From an uncultured bacterium (GTDB lineage: Bacteria; Armatimonadota; Abditibacteriia; Abditibacteriales; Abditibacteriaceae): DNA of 64,000 bases. Location: positions 1,860,001-1,924,000 of the forward strand of contig CAWJLW010000006.1 of assembly GCA_963843795.1 (NCBI GenBank), written 5' to 3'. Below are positions 39,124 through 50,300 of the stretch, in pieces. Position numbers and translations under genes: made by a program. Under the pieces are notes generated by a model. That model searched no databases, was not told the DNA's origin, and saw only the letters and a program-made list of their open reading frames with translations. Every line of letters starts with the position of its first letter. Positions within the stretch are counted from its first letter, which is position 1.

Positions 39124-39643
39124 ATGAGCGTTTCTATTGATTACTTCTTTTAAGTCCGATAAATCCTTGCCCGAATTAGCTTCTCAGATTAATGAAGTTA
39201 TCGGTTGCTCTTTGGCTCCAAGCGTCGGAATGCCCGCAACCGCTTTTACCGCGTTCCCGTTTTTCGGAATGGAACTCAGTCTGATAATTAGCACCAATAA
39301 CGATGAAGAAGGCTACGAAGACGACGGTGAACTGAAATTCAGTGATTATAATTATGAAATTGGTCTGACAACTTATTGGGGACAAGCTGATGCCAGATCA
39401 GCACAATTACCAACGCTTCTTTCGATTGTTTATCTTTTGCACCAACGGCTTGGCCTTCAAGGAATGTTAGTTTTTGATGTAGAAATTCTTTTAGCGAAGT
39501 ATGAGTCAAGACCAATCAATGAAAATTGGAGTGCGCTATACGACACCGTTTCGGAAACGACATTCATTACATTTGCTGACCATTTGAATGTACTTCAAAA
39601 ACGGCTTCCCGAAGATTGGCGAAAGCATTATCTCAGCGCATAA
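39124..39643 (+). CDS. AT-rich hypothetical protein, probable +1 frameshift at T-run 39148-39151
   Basis: ATG 39124 reads MSVSIDYFF, and removing one T continues into KSDKSLPELASQ of ORF 39137-39643. Confidence 0.55.
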
Positions 39644-39647
39644 CCGT

Positions 39648-40775
39648 TCATCGCAGCAATCGCACCGCGCGCTCAACACAACCGCTCAATAATTCATCCG
39701 CGTTTTCAATACAATCTTCCAAGCTCATTGCGTCATCGGGTAGCGCGAATGCGGATAATAAACCCAGTTCATCCAGCTGTGCGCCGTTTAGTTTCACGCG
39801 TCCGGCGAATGCGATGACGGGCACTTTTGCGACTTGGGCGCGCTGACAAACGCCCGCGATAGTTTTTCCACCCAAAGTTTGTTCGTCCAATGAACCTTCG
39901 CCAGTGAAAACGTAATCGGCGCGCTGCAAATGCGCATCGAAATCAGCGATGTCTAAAACGCGTTCGATGCCGGGCACTAACTCAGCGCCGCAAAACGCTA
40001 ATAACGCGAAACCCACGCCGCCCGCTGCGCCCGCACCTTTGGTGTGGCTCCAATCGCGTCCGAGCTGGGTTTGGGCGATGTGCGCCCAACGCTCCAAACC
40101 CGCTGCAAGTACTTGCACTTGTTCGGGCGATGCGCCTTTTTGGGGAGCGAAAATCTGAGCCGCACCACTTGTCCCACATAACGGGTTACTGACATCGCAC
40201 AGCACTTCGATAACGCAATCGCTCAAGCGCACGTCTAAATTTGTTAAATCAAGTGTTTCCAATTGATTGAGAGCCGCGCCGCCGTTTTCTAATTCATTCG
40301 CCTTATCATCCAGAAAACGCGCTCCGAGCGCGCGAAGCATTCCGCTGCCACCATCGCTGCTCGCCGAGCCACCAATGCCGATTAGCAGCTTTGTGCAACC
40401 GGCATCTAACGCCGCTTGAATAATTTGACCTAAACCAAAGCTCGAAGCGCGTAGGGCGTCGCGCTTTGCAGCTGAAACGAGGGTCAAACCACTTGACTGC
40501 GCCATTTCGATCAATGCGGTTTTCTCATCCAAACGCGCCCACTGCGCATCAATGATTTCGCCCAGAGGGTTTTGCACGCGCGCAGTGCAAAGTTCAGCGT
40601 CGGGGCGCGATTGAAGAATCGCGTCTAAAGTGCCTTCGCCGCCATCGGCAAGCGGAATCGCTTGGATAGTGGCAGCGGAAACGGCGCGCGAGATGCCACG
40701 CTGCATGGCAGCGCAAACTTCAATTGCGCTTAAACTGCCTTTGAACGAATCGGGGGCGAGAAGAAAATGTGGCAT
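39648..40775 (-). CDS. glxK: Glycerate kinase
   Basis: LAPDSFKGSL, PLADGGEGT, GIGGSASSDGG, GAAGG, TGEG. Confidence 0.93.
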   Translation of the reverse strand: MPHFLLAPDSFKGSLSAIEVCAAMQRGISRAVSAATIQAIPLADGGEGTLDAILQSRPDAELCTARVQNPLGEIIDAQWARLDEKTALIEMAQSSGLTLVSAAKRDALRASSFGLGQIIQAALDAGCTKLLIGIGGSASSDGGSGMLRALGARFLDDKANELENGGAALNQLETLDLTNLDVRLSDCVIEVLCDVSNPLCGTSGAAQIFAPQKGASPEQVQVLAAGLERWAHIAQTQLGRDWSHTKGAGAAGGVGFALLAFCGAELVPGIERVLDIADFDAHLQRADYVFTGEGSLDEQTLGGKTIAGVCQRAQVAKVPVIAFAGRVKLNGAQLDELGLLSAFALPDDAMSLEDCIENADELLSGCVERAVRLLR

Positions 40776-40800
40776 AAAAATCACGAAACTGTCATTGAAA

Positions 40801-40834
40801 AGCGACCGCCCTTGAAGTTTCAAGGGCGGTCGCT
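40801..40834 (-). terminator. GC-rich hairpin downstream of the small minus-strand gene
   Basis: AGCGACCGCCCTTGAA-GT-TTCAAGGGCGGTCGCT with an upstream A tract (U tract on the minus strand). Confidence 0.6.
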
Positions 40835-40876
40835 GGGAAAGGAAAATTAAGGTGGCAAGTACTTGCCATGCGATTT

Positions 40877-41188
40877 CTAATGATCGCGATAAACGTGCGT
40901 GGGTTTTTCCACAAAAGTGGGCGTAAGATCTTTGACTTCTTTTTCACGTTTGGCTTTGAGACGCGCTTTTTTGACTTTGACCATGGCATAATCGGCCACG
41001 ACATAGAAAATTGTCAAAAAAAGCAAACTTCGCAAAATCATGAACACGACATTATCGGGCATGAACAGCGCGTGATTGAGCGAACGCAAAAACGCTTCCG
41101 GGCCATTGAGCGAAATGTTCGCCGATTCCCATACCAGATACAGGCCGATATATAAAATGAAGACCACTACGATAACAATAAAAACCAT
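40877..41188 (-). CDS. Small hypothetical membrane protein
   Basis: GGAGG RBS on the minus strand; two TM helices and a basic tail. Confidence 0.65.
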   Translation of the reverse strand: MVFIVIVVVFILYIGLYLVWESANISLNGPEAFLRSLNHALFMPDNVVFMILRSLLFLTIFYVVADYAMVKVKKARLKAKREKEVKDLTPTFVEKPTHVYRDH

Positions 41189-41314
41189 GGCTTCAGACCT
41201 CCGTGCGCGTAATTTCTTACACTGAGCTTTTCAATTGCGCGGTTAGTGAGAATGTATTTTGCCACATCGCGTTCAATTTTTCTCAACACACCGCATTTCA
41301 TCTCTTCAACCATT

Positions 41315-42733
41315 ATGCCAAGTACAGAAACTCTACGCTCCACGACTTCGTTTTCTGAACTCACTTTCAGCGCGCCGCCCGCGTGGCTGCGCAAGGCCCA
41401 AAATGTGGCTTCCAACAAGCGCCAACCGACTTTTGCGCTTTACACGCTGGGCTGCAAAGTCAATCAATACGATTCGCATCAAATTGCGCGCATTCTTCTG
41501 GCGCGCGGTTTTCGACGCGTCGAGTTTCGTCAGTCCGCCGATTTATATGTCATCGACACTTGCACCGTGACTAATGAAGCCGACCGAAAAAGTCGCAAGG
41601 CCGCCGCACGAGCCCAACGCAATAATCCCGACGCTTTAGTCGCCGTGACCGGCTGCGCGGCCAGCTATTCGGAAGAACAGTTTCTGCGCGTCGTGCCCGA
41701 TGCTTTAGTTTTGCCCAATGCGCGCAAATGGGAACTGCCCGAACTCGCCATCGAACGTTTGCAAAAGCGTGATGCGTGGCAAGAAACCTATCGCGAACTG
41801 CGCCAGACCGATGCTATCGAACCGGTTCCTGAAGCGACGCGCGAGCGCGCGGTTTTGAAAATTCAAGATGGCTGCAATCACAACTGTTCCTACTGCATTA
41901 TCCCCAGCGTGCGCGGTGCGAGCGTGTTGAAATCGCGCGACCAATTGATGCAGGAAGCGCGCACTTTTGTGCGCGAAGGCGCGCGCGAATTAGTCGTGAC
42001 CGGTGTTTCTATGGGAGATTGGAAAAGCCAAAGCGAACGCGGCGAAAGTCGTAACGCTGCGCTGTGCGATCTGCTGCGCGCGGTTTCGAGCATCGAAGGT
42101 TTGGAGCGCGTGCGAGTGTCGAGCCTCGACCCCGCCGATGTTGATGAAAATTGGTTGCAATGCGTGGCGCACACGCTCAAAGTGTGCCCGCAAATTCACC
42201 TGGCGCTCCAAAGCGGCAGCGCCAGTACACTGCGCCGTATGCGCCGTCGTTACACGCCGCAGATGTTCCTGAAATGGGCCAAACGCTGGCGCGAAATTCG
42301 TCCCGATGGCGGCCTGACGACCGATGTAATCGTCGGATTTCCCGGCGAAACCGAAGCCGAATGGCAAGAAACTTTAGCCGTTGTGCGCGAAGCCAAATTC
42401 TCCCACATCCACGTTTTCCCCTTTTCGCCGCGCGACGATACGCACGCTGCCACTCTGCCCGACCCAATTGATTCGGCAACCCAAAAACGTCGCGTCGCCG
42501 AACTGATTGCGATTGGCGATGAATTATCGGCGCAATTCGCCGCGCAATTTATCGGCACCACGCAGCCAGTTTTGGTCGAAGAAATCCGCGACGGCCAAAT
42601 CAGCGGCCTCAACGACTCGTATTTGCGCGTTTACGCCCCAAACGATGCTGCAAGTACTTGCAGCGTGGGCGATGTCGTGGAAGTCCAAGTATTTGCGTGG
42701 GAAAATGGCGCGTTAAAAGGTGAAATTTGCTGA
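41315..42733 (+). CDS. mtaB: tRNA t6A methylthiotransferase (MiaB-like radical SAM)
   Basis: TLGCKVNQYDS, TCTVT, KIQDGCNHNCSYCIIP, HIHVFPFSPR; TRAM-like C-terminus. Confidence 0.9.
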   Translation: MPSTETLRSTTSFSELTFSAPPAWLRKAQNVASNKRQPTFALYTLGCKVNQYDSHQIARILLARGFRRVEFRQSADLYVIDTCTVTNEADRKSRKAAARAQRNNPDALVAVTGCAASYSEEQFLRVVPDALVLPNARKWELPELAIERLQKRDAWQETYRELRQTDAIEPVPEATRERAVLKIQDGCNHNCSYCIIPSVRGASVLKSRDQLMQEARTFVREGARELVVTGVSMGDWKSQSERGESRNAALCDLLRAVSSIEGLERVRVSSLDPADVDENWLQCVAHTLKVCPQIHLALQSGSASTLRRMRRRYTPQMFLKWAKRWREIRPDGGLTTDVIVGFPGETEAEWQETLAVVREAKFSHIHVFPFSPRDDTHAATLPDPIDSATQKRRVAELIAIGDELSAQFAAQFIGTTQPVLVEEIRDGQISGLNDSYLRVYAPNDAASTCSVGDVVEVQVFAWENGALKGEIC

Positions 42734-42745
42734 GCAATGCTAAAT

Positions 42746-42798
42746 GACCCAATGAAATGAGCGGTGCAAGTAACTTGCGCCGCTCATTTCATTGGGTC
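42746..42798. terminator. Long hairpin between convergent genes with 13-bp palindrome variant at apex
   Basis: GACCCAATGAAATGAGCGGTGCAAGT-A-ACTTGCGCCGCTCATTTCATTGGGTC. Confidence 0.65.
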
Positions 42799-42800
42799 CT

Positions 42801-44540
42801 TCAATTTAAATCTTCAATTTCTGCAGTTGGCTGCCCAATCATTTCTAAACCAGCCACAAATGCGCCCAAATCGCGCTTGTCATCGGTTTTTAATAACTCC
42901 GACGGCTTCCACGGCGCGCCTTCGATGGTCACATCTACGTAATCGCGCGCCGTGGCAGGCACGTTCAATTCCAAGATTTGAAATCCGACTTTATCGCTGC
43001 TGATGGTGGCGCCATTGGCTTCAATCGTTTGCGCCGGTTGGCCTGCGCGCAGTGAAAGCGCAATGCGCATTTTGTAAGCGCGGTTGGCTTCGACTGGCAA
43101 GCGCAAAGTGGCTTTCCCATTTGTCCAACGCGCGCTGTGAAATCGCGAATCGAGCGGCGAATCAGCGTTGTTTTCGCCACCATACCAACCGCCGCGCGCA
43201 AAGGCTTCATCGCCCGTAGTGCCAATTTTCAAACGATAGTTCACGCTTTCGGGCCGCACCATTTGTTCGTTAAAACCGCTTTGAAGGCGCGCGCCAATGG
43301 CATTGTCGATTTGCAATCCGCCGGGCTGTGTGTTTGCCATCACAATTGCCGAGGTAACACCATTTTTCACGTTAACTGCGCGCCCACTTTTGCCGAAAGT
43401 ATTGCCACGCAAATTCAATCGCCCATTGCTAGCTTCGATAGCGGCGTGCGGCGCATCGAAATCGGGCACATCCAGAAAATGACAATCGTTGAACGCAACA
43501 TTAACTTTACCGTTCAAGCGCGCCGCGCCGCCCGGCGTCGCCCAGAAATTGCAATTCACGAACTGCGCCGCACCGGTTTGTGCGCTTTCGGAAGTCATTA
43601 CGCCGACATTGGGTTCGCCCGAAAACGAGGTGAACGCGCCATTGGTGACTTGCAAACCGATAGCTTGAATATCGTCGATTTGTAGCCCGACGCGACAATA
43701 ATCGCCGCCGATATTCAACAATTGTGCGTTGCAACTGCCGTCTGGCGTTTTGATGAAATGGTAGCCGATTTTCGCCGCGAAGACGAAACAGTTTGTCACA
43801 TATTGCCAATCGCTGCGCCCGAAAACAAACGCTTCCAAATGGTCGGCCATGTAGCGCGCGATTTCCATATCGCCCGCAGCTTTGGCGCTTGCGTGGCCTG
43901 AACGCGGCCAGTAATGCGGGTTAAAATGCACATTTTCCAAGCGGCCAATATCCGAAGTCGAATCAATAAAAACGCCCACGCGCAAAACGCAGCCAAAGAC
44001 GTTGCGAATCAAGTGCAATTCGCTGAACGGCTGACCGATTTTAATGCCCTGATAAGCGTTGACAAAGGTCACGTTTTCAATTGTATTGTGCATTCCAACG
44101 CCATGAATGGCGTACGGATATGGCACGATATTGGGCCACACTTGTTCGGGCCATAGCATGGTGAAACCACGCAGGGCGCTCGATGGTTGCAAGGTAATCG
44201 TCGCGGGGCCATCTTCCTGACCGCGCCCGTTTTCCATCAAAAGCGTCGAGCCAACATTCCACGCGCCATGATGTGGTGCGTCCCACGACCCTTGCAGCGA
44301 AACGCCGGTCGGTATATTCAGAGTGCCGCGCAGCAAGTACTTGCCCGGAGGTAAACGCAATTCGCCCCCAGTTTTGCCTAATGCATCCAAAGTCCTTTGC
44401 AGCGCAGCGGTATCATCAGCAATGCCATCGCCGCGCACTTGGGGCGGCAATGGCAGGTTTTGTGCGCGCGCTGCCATTGCGCTCATTAGTAATAAACAGA
44501 ACAACAACAGCGAGTTAAGCGAAAATTTGAATCGAATCAT
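42801..44540 (-). CDS. Secreted pectin-lyase-fold (Pectate_lyase_3-like) beta-helix protein
   Basis: Signal peptide; GDGIADDTAALQ..LD, LPPGKY; repeated beta-helix-like segments. Confidence 0.75.
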   Translation of the reverse strand: MIRFKFSLNSLLLFCLLLMSAMAARAQNLPLPPQVRGDGIADDTAALQRTLDALGKTGGELRLPPGKYLLRGTLNIPTGVSLQGSWDAPHHGAWNVGSTLLMENGRGQEDGPATITLQPSSALRGFTMLWPEQVWPNIVPYPYAIHGVGMHNTIENVTFVNAYQGIKIGQPFSELHLIRNVFGCVLRVGVFIDSTSDIGRLENVHFNPHYWPRSGHASAKAAGDMEIARYMADHLEAFVFGRSDWQYVTNCFVFAAKIGYHFIKTPDGSCNAQLLNIGGDYCRVGLQIDDIQAIGLQVTNGAFTSFSGEPNVGVMTSESAQTGAAQFVNCNFWATPGGAARLNGKVNVAFNDCHFLDVPDFDAPHAAIEASNGRLNLRGNTFGKSGRAVNVKNGVTSAIVMANTQPGGLQIDNAIGARLQSGFNEQMVRPESVNYRLKIGTTGDEAFARGGWYGGENNADSPLDSRFHSARWTNGKATLRLPVEANRAYKMRIALSLRAGQPAQTIEANGATISSDKVGFQILELNVPATARDYVDVTIEGAPWKPSELLKTDDKRDLGAFVAGLEMIGQPTAEIEDLN

Positions 44541-44704
44541 AAACTGAGATTACCCATTGCGAAGACGATTGAAACTCGACGCGGAAGGACGAATAATTTT
44601 GTGAGCGGCAACTTTGGTCGTTCACAAAACGTCCAATTCGACAATTATAATATACGCAAGTACTTGCCGCTCAATTTTAAACTCATTTATTGGATAGTCA
44701 TTTT

Positions 44705-45619
44705 ATGAACGAAGCCATCTTATACGAACAGCACATGCACACGCCGCTGTGCCGCCACGCGGTGGGCGAACCCGAAGAATATGCCGCGCAAGCCCACGAG
44801 CGCAATCTCAAAGGCATTGTCGTAACTTGTCACAATCCTCTGCCCGATGGTTTAGGCGCCAGCGTGCGAATGCGGCCCGAACAATGGGACGAATATCTGG
44901 AAATCGTGCAGCGCGCGCGCGAGGCATGGGCCGGTCGCGTCGATGTGCGTCTGGGCTTGGAAGCCGATTTTTGGCCTGGATTAGAACCATTTTTGGAAAA
45001 ACAATTAGCCAGCGCCGAATTTCATCACGTGCTAGGGTCAGTGCATCCCCAGATGGATTCGTATCGCGCATTGTTTTGGCGTGGTGATATCCCGCAATAT
45101 CAGCGCTTGTATTTTCATCATCTGGCCGCCGCCGCCGAAAGCGGTTTGTTCGATACGCTTTCGCATCCCGATTTGATTAAAAATTGTGATCCCGCACAGT
45201 GGGGTTTGAAGCGCTTAATGCCCGACATCGAATACGCTCTTGACCGCATTGCCAAAACCGGTGTGGCGATGGAACTCAACACCTCGGGTTTGAACAAAGC
45301 GATTTCAGAAATGAATCCCAGCCCGCAAATTCTACGCGCCATGAATCAGCGCGAAATTCCTGTTGTCATCGGAGCCGACGCGCACAACCCACGTCGCGTC
45401 GCTGACCGATTTGAGAACGCGCTCGATTTGTTGCAGGAAGCCGGTTATCGTCACACTTTTGTGACCGTTGACCGTAAACGCACGCCGGTTTTGATCGAAG
45501 AAGCGCGCGCCAGTTTGCAGCCGGTTGAAAGCGAAAATCAAAGCGGAGATTCGCTGTGGAAACAAGCTCTTGGTGGCTTGAAAAATTCTCTCTCACGCAG
45601 AACGAGCGTTTCGAATTAA
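44705..45619 (+). CDS. PHP-family histidinol-phosphatase (HisJ/HisK type)
   Basis: HMHTPLCRHA, GLEAD, GSVH, HPDLIK, ELNTSG, GADAH. Confidence 0.88.
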   Translation: MNEAILYEQHMHTPLCRHAVGEPEEYAAQAHERNLKGIVVTCHNPLPDGLGASVRMRPEQWDEYLEIVQRAREAWAGRVDVRLGLEADFWPGLEPFLEKQLASAEFHHVLGSVHPQMDSYRALFWRGDIPQYQRLYFHHLAAAAESGLFDTLSHPDLIKNCDPAQWGLKRLMPDIEYALDRIAKTGVAMELNTSGLNKAISEMNPSPQILRAMNQREIPVVIGADAHNPRRVADRFENALDLLQEAGYRHTFVTVDRKRTPVLIEEARASLQPVESENQSGDSLWKQALGGLKNSLSRRTSVSN

Positions 45620-45640
45620 AAAACAAAAGCTAACGTCGCA

Positions 45641-45676
45641 AAAAAGCGCCCTGCAAGTACTTGCAGGGCGCTTTTT
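45641..45676. terminator. Bidirectional palindrome-cored terminator
   Basis: Perfect 36-bp palindrome AAAAAGCGCCCTGCAAGTACTTGCAGGGCGCTTTTT between convergent genes. Confidence 0.85.
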
Positions 45677-45693
45677 GGGTTGTTCAAAATTTT

Positions 45694-47157
45694 TCAAGCT
45701 ATTAATTCTTTCACCACACGCGCCTGTTCGACACCGGTGAGCTTTTGATCTAGGCCCTGATATTTGTAGGTAAATTGTTCGTGATCGATGCCCAGAAGAC
45801 GCAAAACTGTCGCGTGAAAATCGCGCACATGAACCGGGTCTTTCACGATGTTATAGCTAAAATCGTCGGTCTCTCCATAAATCGTGCCGCCTTTGGCACC
45901 GCCGCCTGCCATCCACATCGAAAAACAGCGCGGATGATGATCGCGCCCATAGTTGGTCATCGTAAGCCCGCCCTGACTGTAAATGGTGCGACCAAATTCG
46001 CCACCCCAGATAATCAGTGTTTCGTCGAACATTCCGCGCGCCTTGAGATCATTGATGAGACCAAAAGTCGCCTGATCAATGTCTTTACATTGCGAAGGCA
46101 TTCGGCCGGTCAGGTTGCCATGATGATCCCAGTTGTTGTGGTAAATCTGCACGAAACGTACGCCACGCTCGACTAATCTGCGGGCCATCAGAGCGCTGTT
46201 GGCGAAGGTGCCAGGCTTTTTGGCGTCTTCGCCGTAAAGCTGCCACGTCAGGTCTTTCTCCTGCTTCAAATCGGTGAGTTCGGGCACACTGGCTTGCATA
46301 CGATACGCCATTTCGTATTGCTCGATGCGCGTTTGAGTTTCGCTATCACCCGCCGTTTTATAAGTAATTTCGTTCAACTGATTCAACCCGTCCAACATCG
46401 TGCGCCGCGTCACATTCGAGACGCCGGGTGGATTATTGATGTACAAAATCGGGTCGCCTGAAGTGCGAAACGGCACACCAGCGTGTTGGCCGGGCAAGTA
46501 GCCCGAAGCCCACAATCGCGCCGAGATTGCTTGTTCTTGCTCGCGGTTGGTCGGCGTGGCCACCAACACGACAAAAGTCGGCAAATTCTTATTAAGTGAA
46601 CCCAAACCGTAAGAGGCCCACGCGCCCAAACATGGACGGCCCGTGTTCATGTTGCCGGTTTGCATTTCCATAATCGCCGGTTCGTGATTGATGGCGTCGG
46701 TATGCATCGAACGAATCAGACACAAATCGTTGGCGCACTGCGCGGTCATCGGCAGCATTTCCGTATTCATCCACAAACCCGTATCGCCGACCTGACCGAA
46801 TTTGTAGGCTGAAGGCGCGACGGGAAAGCGCGCCTGTCCGCTGCTCATCGTAGTAAGGCGCTGACCGTTGCGGATGGAATCCGGCAAATCTTTGTCATAC
46901 ATTTCGGCCATTTTCGGCTTGTAGTCGAACAAATCCATTTGCGACGGGCCGCCGACCATGTGAAGATAAATAATGTTCTTGGCCTTGGCCGGAAAATTCG
47001 GCAATTTTGGCGTGGGATGCGTTTCATCGGCCACAGCACGCTTGACCAGACTTTCGCCAAGCAGCGACGATAAGGCCGCCATGCCGAGTATGTTTTTGCC
47101 GCGCGTCAAAAATTGACGACGCGTTTCCATTAAAATGCGTTCTTCGAGCGGATTCAT
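45694..47157 (-). CDS. DUF1501 protein, Tat-exported
   Basis: TRRQFL; GGPSQMDLFDYKP, ARRLVERGVRFVQ, WDHH, GEFGRT, GRDHHP. Confidence 0.9.
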   Translation of the reverse strand: MNPLEERILMETRRQFLTRGKNILGMAALSSLLGESLVKRAVADETHPTPKLPNFPAKAKNIIYLHMVGGPSQMDLFDYKPKMAEMYDKDLPDSIRNGQRLTTMSSGQARFPVAPSAYKFGQVGDTGLWMNTEMLPMTAQCANDLCLIRSMHTDAINHEPAIMEMQTGNMNTGRPCLGAWASYGLGSLNKNLPTFVVLVATPTNREQEQAISARLWASGYLPGQHAGVPFRTSGDPILYINNPPGVSNVTRRTMLDGLNQLNEITYKTAGDSETQTRIEQYEMAYRMQASVPELTDLKQEKDLTWQLYGEDAKKPGTFANSALMARRLVERGVRFVQIYHNNWDHHGNLTGRMPSQCKDIDQATFGLINDLKARGMFDETLIIWGGEFGRTIYSQGGLTMTNYGRDHHPRCFSMWMAGGGAKGGTIYGETDDFSYNIVKDPVHVRDFHATVLRLLGIDHEQFTYKYQGLDQKLTGVEQARVVKELIA

Positions 47158-47212
47158 GGTTTGTCCTTTATGGCGATGTGCGATTCTGCAAGTACTTGCA
47201 GCACGTTATCTT

Positions 47213-47312
47213 GTAGGGCGCGGACCTTTCGCCCGCCCGCGTTGATTATCGGTTGTGTTGTTTAAAATGGTTTGTGCATTGGTCGAGGGCAGGCACACGG
47301 CCCAAACCCTAC
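47213..47312. repeat. Diverged GTAG-type REP doublet
   Basis: GTAGGGCGCGGACC...GCCCGCCC at the left end and GGGCAGGC...CCCTAC at the right end. Confidence 0.55.
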
Positions 47313-47316
47313 AATT

Positions 47317-50300
47317 TTACTTATTCAACGCTTCATCCAAATTCATTACCTGACTCGCCACCATTGTCCACGCGGCTAAAATGGGGGCGTCGATCTCCGT
47401 GTCCGGTGCGCTGGCGCCAACCGCAATCAACGCCTTGGCATCGTTGGGCTTGGCTTTGTAATTGGCCAGTATCTCCGTCAAACTCGCACGCACAATTGCG
47501 CGTTCTCGCGCGTTAAAAGTGCGGGAAATTAAATGACGCGTCAGGAAGTCAAGTGTTTCATCGTCGTGTTTTTGACCGGTTTTCGCTTTGTTGGCGATCA
47601 ATGCATTGGTCGCCAAAACGCGCGCGGCTTCAACGAATTGCGGGTCGTTCATCATGACCAGCGATTGCAGTGGCGTGTTGGTTCGCTCGCGGCGCGTGCA
47701 ACTGACTTCGCGACTGGGCGCGTTAAAAATTTCCAGATTTGCGGGCGGCGACATTCGCTTCCAAAACGAGTAAACGCTGCGCCGATACAAATCTTCGCCT
47801 TTGGACATTTCGTATTTGCGCGTGTCACTTTCGGGCAAGCCGGTGATGTTCCATAATCCGTCGGGATTATAAGGTTTCACGCTTGGCCCTCCCATTTTGG
47901 TTTTCAACAAACCGCTGGCTTCAAGCGCCGAGTCGCGCAGCATTTCACCGTCCATGCGAAAACGCGGGCCACGCGAAAGCAAACGATTGTCGCGGTCAAG
48001 TTCGTTTTTCAAGGGTGTCGAAACTGCCGCCTGACGATAAGTGGAAGACATTACCATCAATTTGAACAAGCGTTTTACATCCCAATCGCTTTGAAATTCG
48101 ACTGCAAGCCAATCCAAAAGTTCGGGATGCGTGGGCGCTTCACCCATAATACCGAAATCTTCACTGGTTTTCACGATGCCCACGCCGAACAATTCCTGCC
48201 AGAAACGGTTCACCGTCACGCGCGCCGTAAGCGGATTATCCGGTGAAACAATCCATTGTGCCAAACCCAGACGATTGTGTGGCGCGCCTTTGGGCAACGG
48301 ATTCAAAAACGCGGGCGTGTTAGCTTCGACAACATCGCCCGGATGATCGTAAGCACCGCGAATTAAAATGTTCGCCATCGCTTTGGAATCGGTCTTTTCC
48401 TGCTGAACATGCGTGATCGGATATTTGGATTGCAGGGCCATGCGCTCGCTTTCTAAATTGACAACAGCGCGCGACAGTTCACCGTATTTTTCGTCTTGCG
48501 TATTCAAATAGTGAGTCAATAAACTCGTGGTTTGGTCGGCGGAGCGTTTTTCAACCGGCAAAGCCAGCACGGCGGAAAAAACCGTGTTTTGCGCGATCTG
48601 CTCTATTTCTTTCGCATCCAACTTACGATTATAAACGCGCACGTCTTGAATCTGAGCACCGGTTACAATTGAGCCGCTGCTGCGTCCGCCGATGCGAAAG
48701 GGTACGCTGTTGCGAATGGAATCGGAAAGCGTGTTGGCTTCACCTTCGACTTTGATATTGGCAGCTTTGCCATTGACGTAAATTTGCACGCCTTCGGGCT
48801 TGCCCGTACCATCGTAAGTCACGAAAACGTGTTGCCATTGGTTGGTTTTGAGCGGATTATCCGTCGTCGCCATTTTCAGCGCATTCATCGGCCATTTGTG
48901 AATGAAATGCGCGGCAAAATTGCCGCCCTGCTGCCATAAATCCCAGCCGCGAAAATCGTTGCCTTCATCCATGCGCGCCATTAGCGCACCGCCAGTTTCG
49001 CTCGGCTTCACCCACGCGCCATAACTCCAACTTGCGTCGCGTTCGAAGTCACCCACTTCGCCGATTTGCCAAACATGCTTGTCGTCAATCACCGCCGCTG
49101 CGCCCAGTTTGCCATCGCTTTTCCACTGCAAATTCGCACCGCTGGAAAGCGTTTTGTCGCTCAGACTGTGGTCTGCAAGTACTTGCAATGTGCTTTGGTC
49201 GCCGCTGCCTTCATTCAAAGGCGCGTGCAAAACCAAACCTTCCTTGGGCACTTGAAAATCGGCGCTTTTCAGTTTGGAAAGCCACGCTTCAAACTGCGGT
49301 TGCGCGCGCTTGCGTTGCGTTTCGACGCGGGTTTTGGCCAAGCGCGTTAGTCGGGGCAATTCTTCCCAGCGCGCACGGTCGTCCGGGTCGTTGATGACGG
49401 TAATAACCGGGCCGCGCCCGTCTTTCACGTTGCCATCCAACGCGCCTTGCGTGGTGTTGCGGAAAAACGCCGTCATGGCGTAGAAATCTTTCTGCGTCGT
49501 CGGGTCGAATTTGTGATCGTGGCAACCGGCGCAATTCATCGTCAAACCACTAAAAACCCAACCGGTTGTGCTGGCGCGGTCGTTGGCATACATCGCCAAA
49601 TTCTCGGCTTCGATGGTGCCGCCTTCATTGGTCGTCATGTTGGAACGATGAAAGCCGGTCGCGACGAGTTGATCTTGCGTCGGATCGGGCAGCAAATCGC
49701 CGGCAATTTGTTCAGTTGTAAATTGGTTGAACGGCTCGTTGCGATTGAAGGCCCCAATAACCCAGTCGCGATACGGCCACATTTCGCGATAATTGTCAAA
49801 GTGCATGCCGTGTGTGTCGGCATAACGCGCCGCATCCAGCCAGTAACGCGCGCGATGTTCGCCGTAGCGCGGCGAGGCCAAAAGCGCATCAACGAATTTT
49901 TCGTAAGCGTTGGGCGCGCGGTCATTAATGAAATCGGCGAGTACTTGCGGGTCGGGCGGCAAACCCGTTAAGTCAAGAGCCACGCGACGCGCCAGAGCGT
50001 TGCGCGGTGCGGGCGCAGCGGGCGTCAAATTCGCACTTTCGAGACGCGCCAACACGAAGTTATCAATCGGATTGCTGACCCATTTCACATCCTTCACTTT
50101 GGGCAATTCGGGCCGCTCGGGTTTGAGAAACGACCAGTGCGGCTGCCACGCAGCGCCTTCACTGATCCAGCGTCGAACCAGCGCGATTTGCTCGACAGAC
50201 AAAGTTTTGTGCGCTTCGGGCGGCGGCATGCGGTCTTCGGGATCGGATGCCGAAATGCGTTGGTAAAGCGGACTTTTATCGGGCTGACCGGCGACAATGG

